A stretch of 64,000 nucleotides of DNA from an uncultured Phycisphaerales bacterium (GTDB lineage: Bacteria; Planctomycetota; Phycisphaerae; Sedimentisphaerales; Anaerobacaceae), in NCBI GenBank assembly GCA_963718665.1, contig OY970359.1, positions 1,088,001 to 1,152,000 of the forward strand, read 5' to 3'. This document shows, piece after piece, positions 62,901 through 64,000 of the stretch; within the stretch, counting starts at the first letter, position 1, and each line of letters opens with the position of its first letter. A program made the translations under genes and the position numbers. Below the pieces are notes generated by a model, which saw nothing but the letters and a program-made list of their open reading frames with translations, made no database searches and had not been told where the DNA came from.

Positions 62901-63123
62901 CATTTTCAGCTTCGCACACATAAACGACCGGAGTAATTGAACTATTTGAAAGCTTATCCGGTGAATCAAGAAGTGCGTAAACACCTTTTAAATTACAATA
63001 CTCTTGCTTCTCTGCCTGAGTAAAGAAAAAGGAATAGCCATGATGTTCTTCCAGCCGTTTACCTTGTAAAAAGGCGGGGTTATCTTTGTAGCCTAATACT
63101 TCGATAAGCTCCTGAGTAGTCAT
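59944..63123 (-). CDS. Large N6-adenine DNA methyltransferase (type IIG/Eco57I-like architecture)
   Basis: GAYYTP, FDPSCGSGAFL and IGNPPW motifs; C-terminal TRD-like region. Confidence 0.85.
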   Translation of the reverse strand: MTTQELIEVLGYKDNPAFLQGKRLEEHHGYSFFFTQAEKQEYCNLKGVYALLDSPDKLSNSSITPVVYVCEAENEDKAEKIHHRVWNQNIVPFLLVVTPKKFRLYSGFEYDRNQSEEERFLEVAKNATEVLSKLSAFKSEAIDSGDIWKQKIISTEKRVDRHLLGNLKKLATVLTGKNYNLPMEQAHILIGKYIYLKYLRDRGILSDERFEKAKNNVDDIFGRNANKTKLYELEEYLNVFLNGSVFPLPSTNNIQAKHIKKVASVFKGDDPESVQQVLFSMYDFSCIPIETLSVVYQQFLHQEGEGKEKGAYYTPVHLVNFILDELDTKKPLKEGMKVFDPSCGSGAFLVQCYRRLVESIVRSRKAKLNPTELRKLLVDHIFGLDADEEACRVAELSLSLTLLDYIEPHDLRTYPTFRLPNLHNQNIFHCKGGFFDEDDVSIPKQSYDWIIGNPPWKNINKKKDKKLSDCKAIDWIDANNKTYPVDNYQLAEAFAWKATQFLSEDGQCGLLMPALTLFKKQGHRFRAKFFSEIETWCIVNFANIRRYLFEEAINPAAAFFYSGKKDWNKSEHYITTYAPFAVEHASQLSQKGETKRIWSIFVNYSTIKEISFRDIKDGSSIPWKTAMWGMHRDKYLLDIILNKYNDILAFKNHYGLAMNQGPEFRTLPIRSESETLESYQDRLTKFKANHKYYPEYVDKYYTNVEEIPEDCFALQSNVYKSFGRNDVYLRNRGGKAGLKLFKAPHIIISASRSFSVYSEVDFMIPPRQIGIAGQDNQKRLLKALALYLKSQFVKYQQWLTSAAWGIERDRPNLYDLKKLPVPLSELSDSALTEWAKLHDEIAEAEERERRLRVKSRGYERTPLFEHLGDSSKPKDSLPRLDDLLKKMNNNVFTLLGISKKQQWLIEDMLNVRMKLNDGVIDAKDVIEPATKKEIDEFASIFQEELDLFLDHSGKSKVHNVKIYYSDNSTVMIVDHLKQSTATEPEVNKVEDNKTRQIMNELQEKLTEAKSQWIYFTRCLQIHEGRKTYIFKPRQRLYWLKSQALAEADDFIAEKLATNK

Positions 63124-63262
63124 TTTCCCCGTTATCAATAATAATTGAACGTGCCGTCCTTCAAACACTATACATTGTCAGTCAAATCGTGTTTTGTGTC
63201 AAGATTTTTGCCTTTCTCCTTGTCGGACAAAACCCGCGTAAATCCGTGTTACCTGTCCTGCC

Positions 63263-64000
63263 TTATTTCAGGAGCGAGGCGGGCTCAATGTTGCCAGCTT
63301 CGATATCCTTGAAGTATTTCACAGTGCCGTATTTCAATTCGACGGCGGCATCTTCGTCGCAGACGATGATTGCTTTGGGATGCAACTGAAGGACGCTGAC
63401 CGTCCACAAATGATTTACGCCCTGGTCGATTGCGTGATGCAAGGCACGTGCCTTGCTGTGGCCTGAGGCGATTATCAGCGTCTCTCTTGCATCCATCACG
63501 GTAGCGACGCCGACGGTGAGCGCGGTTTTGGGAACTTTGTTTACGTCATCGTCGAAGAAGCGTGAGTTGGCGATGATTGTGTCCTGCGTGAGGGTTTTGA
63601 CTCGCGTTCGGCTTGCCAGCGACGAGCCGGGTTCGTTGAAGGCGATGTGTCCGTCGGGGCCGACGCCTCCTATGAAAAGCTCGACGCCGCCGAGCTGCTT
63701 CATTTTTTTCTCGTAGCGTTCACATTCGGCTTCGAGATTTTTGGCGTTGCCGTCGAGGATGTTGACATTTTTGGCGGGGATATCGATGTGGTTGAAAAAA
63801 TTGTTCCGCATATAGTAATGATAGCTTGCGGGGTGGTCTTCGGGCAGGCCGACGTATTCATCCATATTGAAAGTGATGACGTTTTTGAACGTTACCTTTT
63901 TTGCCGAATTGAGTTTAATCAGCTCTTTATACATTCCGAGGGGCGATGAGCCGGTGGGCAGGCCGAGAAGGAAAGGTTTTGTTTTAGTCGGCCCAAAATC
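63263..64000 (-). CDS. nagB: Glucosamine-6-phosphate deaminase; 5' end lies outside the window
   Basis: [30 protein letters not shown] and ANSRFF motifs. Confidence 0.95.
   Translation of the reverse strand, partial: DFGPTKTKPFLLGLPTGSSPLGMYKELIKLNSAKKVTFKNVITFNMDEYVGLPEDHPASYHYYMRNNFFNHIDIPAKNVNILDGNAKNLEAECERYEKKMKQLGGVELFIGGVGPDGHIAFNEPGSSLASRTRVKTLTQDTIIANSRFFDDDVNKVPKTALTVGVATVMDARETLIIASGHSKARALHHAIDQGVNHLWTVSVLQLHPKAIIVCDEDAAVELKYGTVKYFKDIEAGNIEPASLLK

Noticed and set aside
59944..63168. BREX (PglX), DISARM or type I RM system
   Set aside because: No brxC, pglZ, drm, hsdR or hsdS genes are adjacent.
1..64000. CRISPR array, tRNA or rRNA genes
   Set aside because: I saw no regularly spaced repeats with unique spacers and no recognisable tRNA or rRNA sequence.

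Overview
Bacterial chromosomal window, most likely from Planctomycetota class Phycisphaerae (Sedimentisphaerales-like). This is inferred from a DUF1559-type pseudopilin, a PEP-CTERM protein, a dockerin-like 'GDLNQDCRVNFVDFAILAQQW' tail and an HNH-AP2 protein. The backbone is housekeeping: leuACDB, mdh, RNase HII, a LexA-like repressor, a COG3014-YcfL-LpoB-CsgG lipoprotein cluster, mntP, pgl, a TetR-TolC-EmrA-2xEmrB efflux operon, a Cys/Met PLP enzyme, ABC-F, USP with a P3A H+-ATPase and PPK2, an ECF sigma factor, an SSS transporter, pyrK, GH5, purFM, a PPIase and nagB. Top finding: a cobalamin riboswitch, with a palindromic repeat inside it, heads an operon encoding a PEP-CTERM protein with a transcobalamin/DUF4430-like motif, a BtuH-like protein with a dockerin-like tail, a DUF1559 pseudopilin and DUF1638. 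This is a candidate pilin-based B12 capture system, and no TonB receptor or BtuCDF gene lies in the window. Other findings: a Leu-rich leader peptide before leuA; twin divergent TGTAAC-N16-GGAC promoters driving the ECF gene and a candidate small RNA; two AT-rich defence-like cassettes bracketed by inverted 9-bp-period repeats; an IS1595 element; and several intergenic repeat families. Six genes are split by small indels that are probably sequencing errors, five of them near GCGC. All family assignments come from motif recognition by eye, not from database searches.
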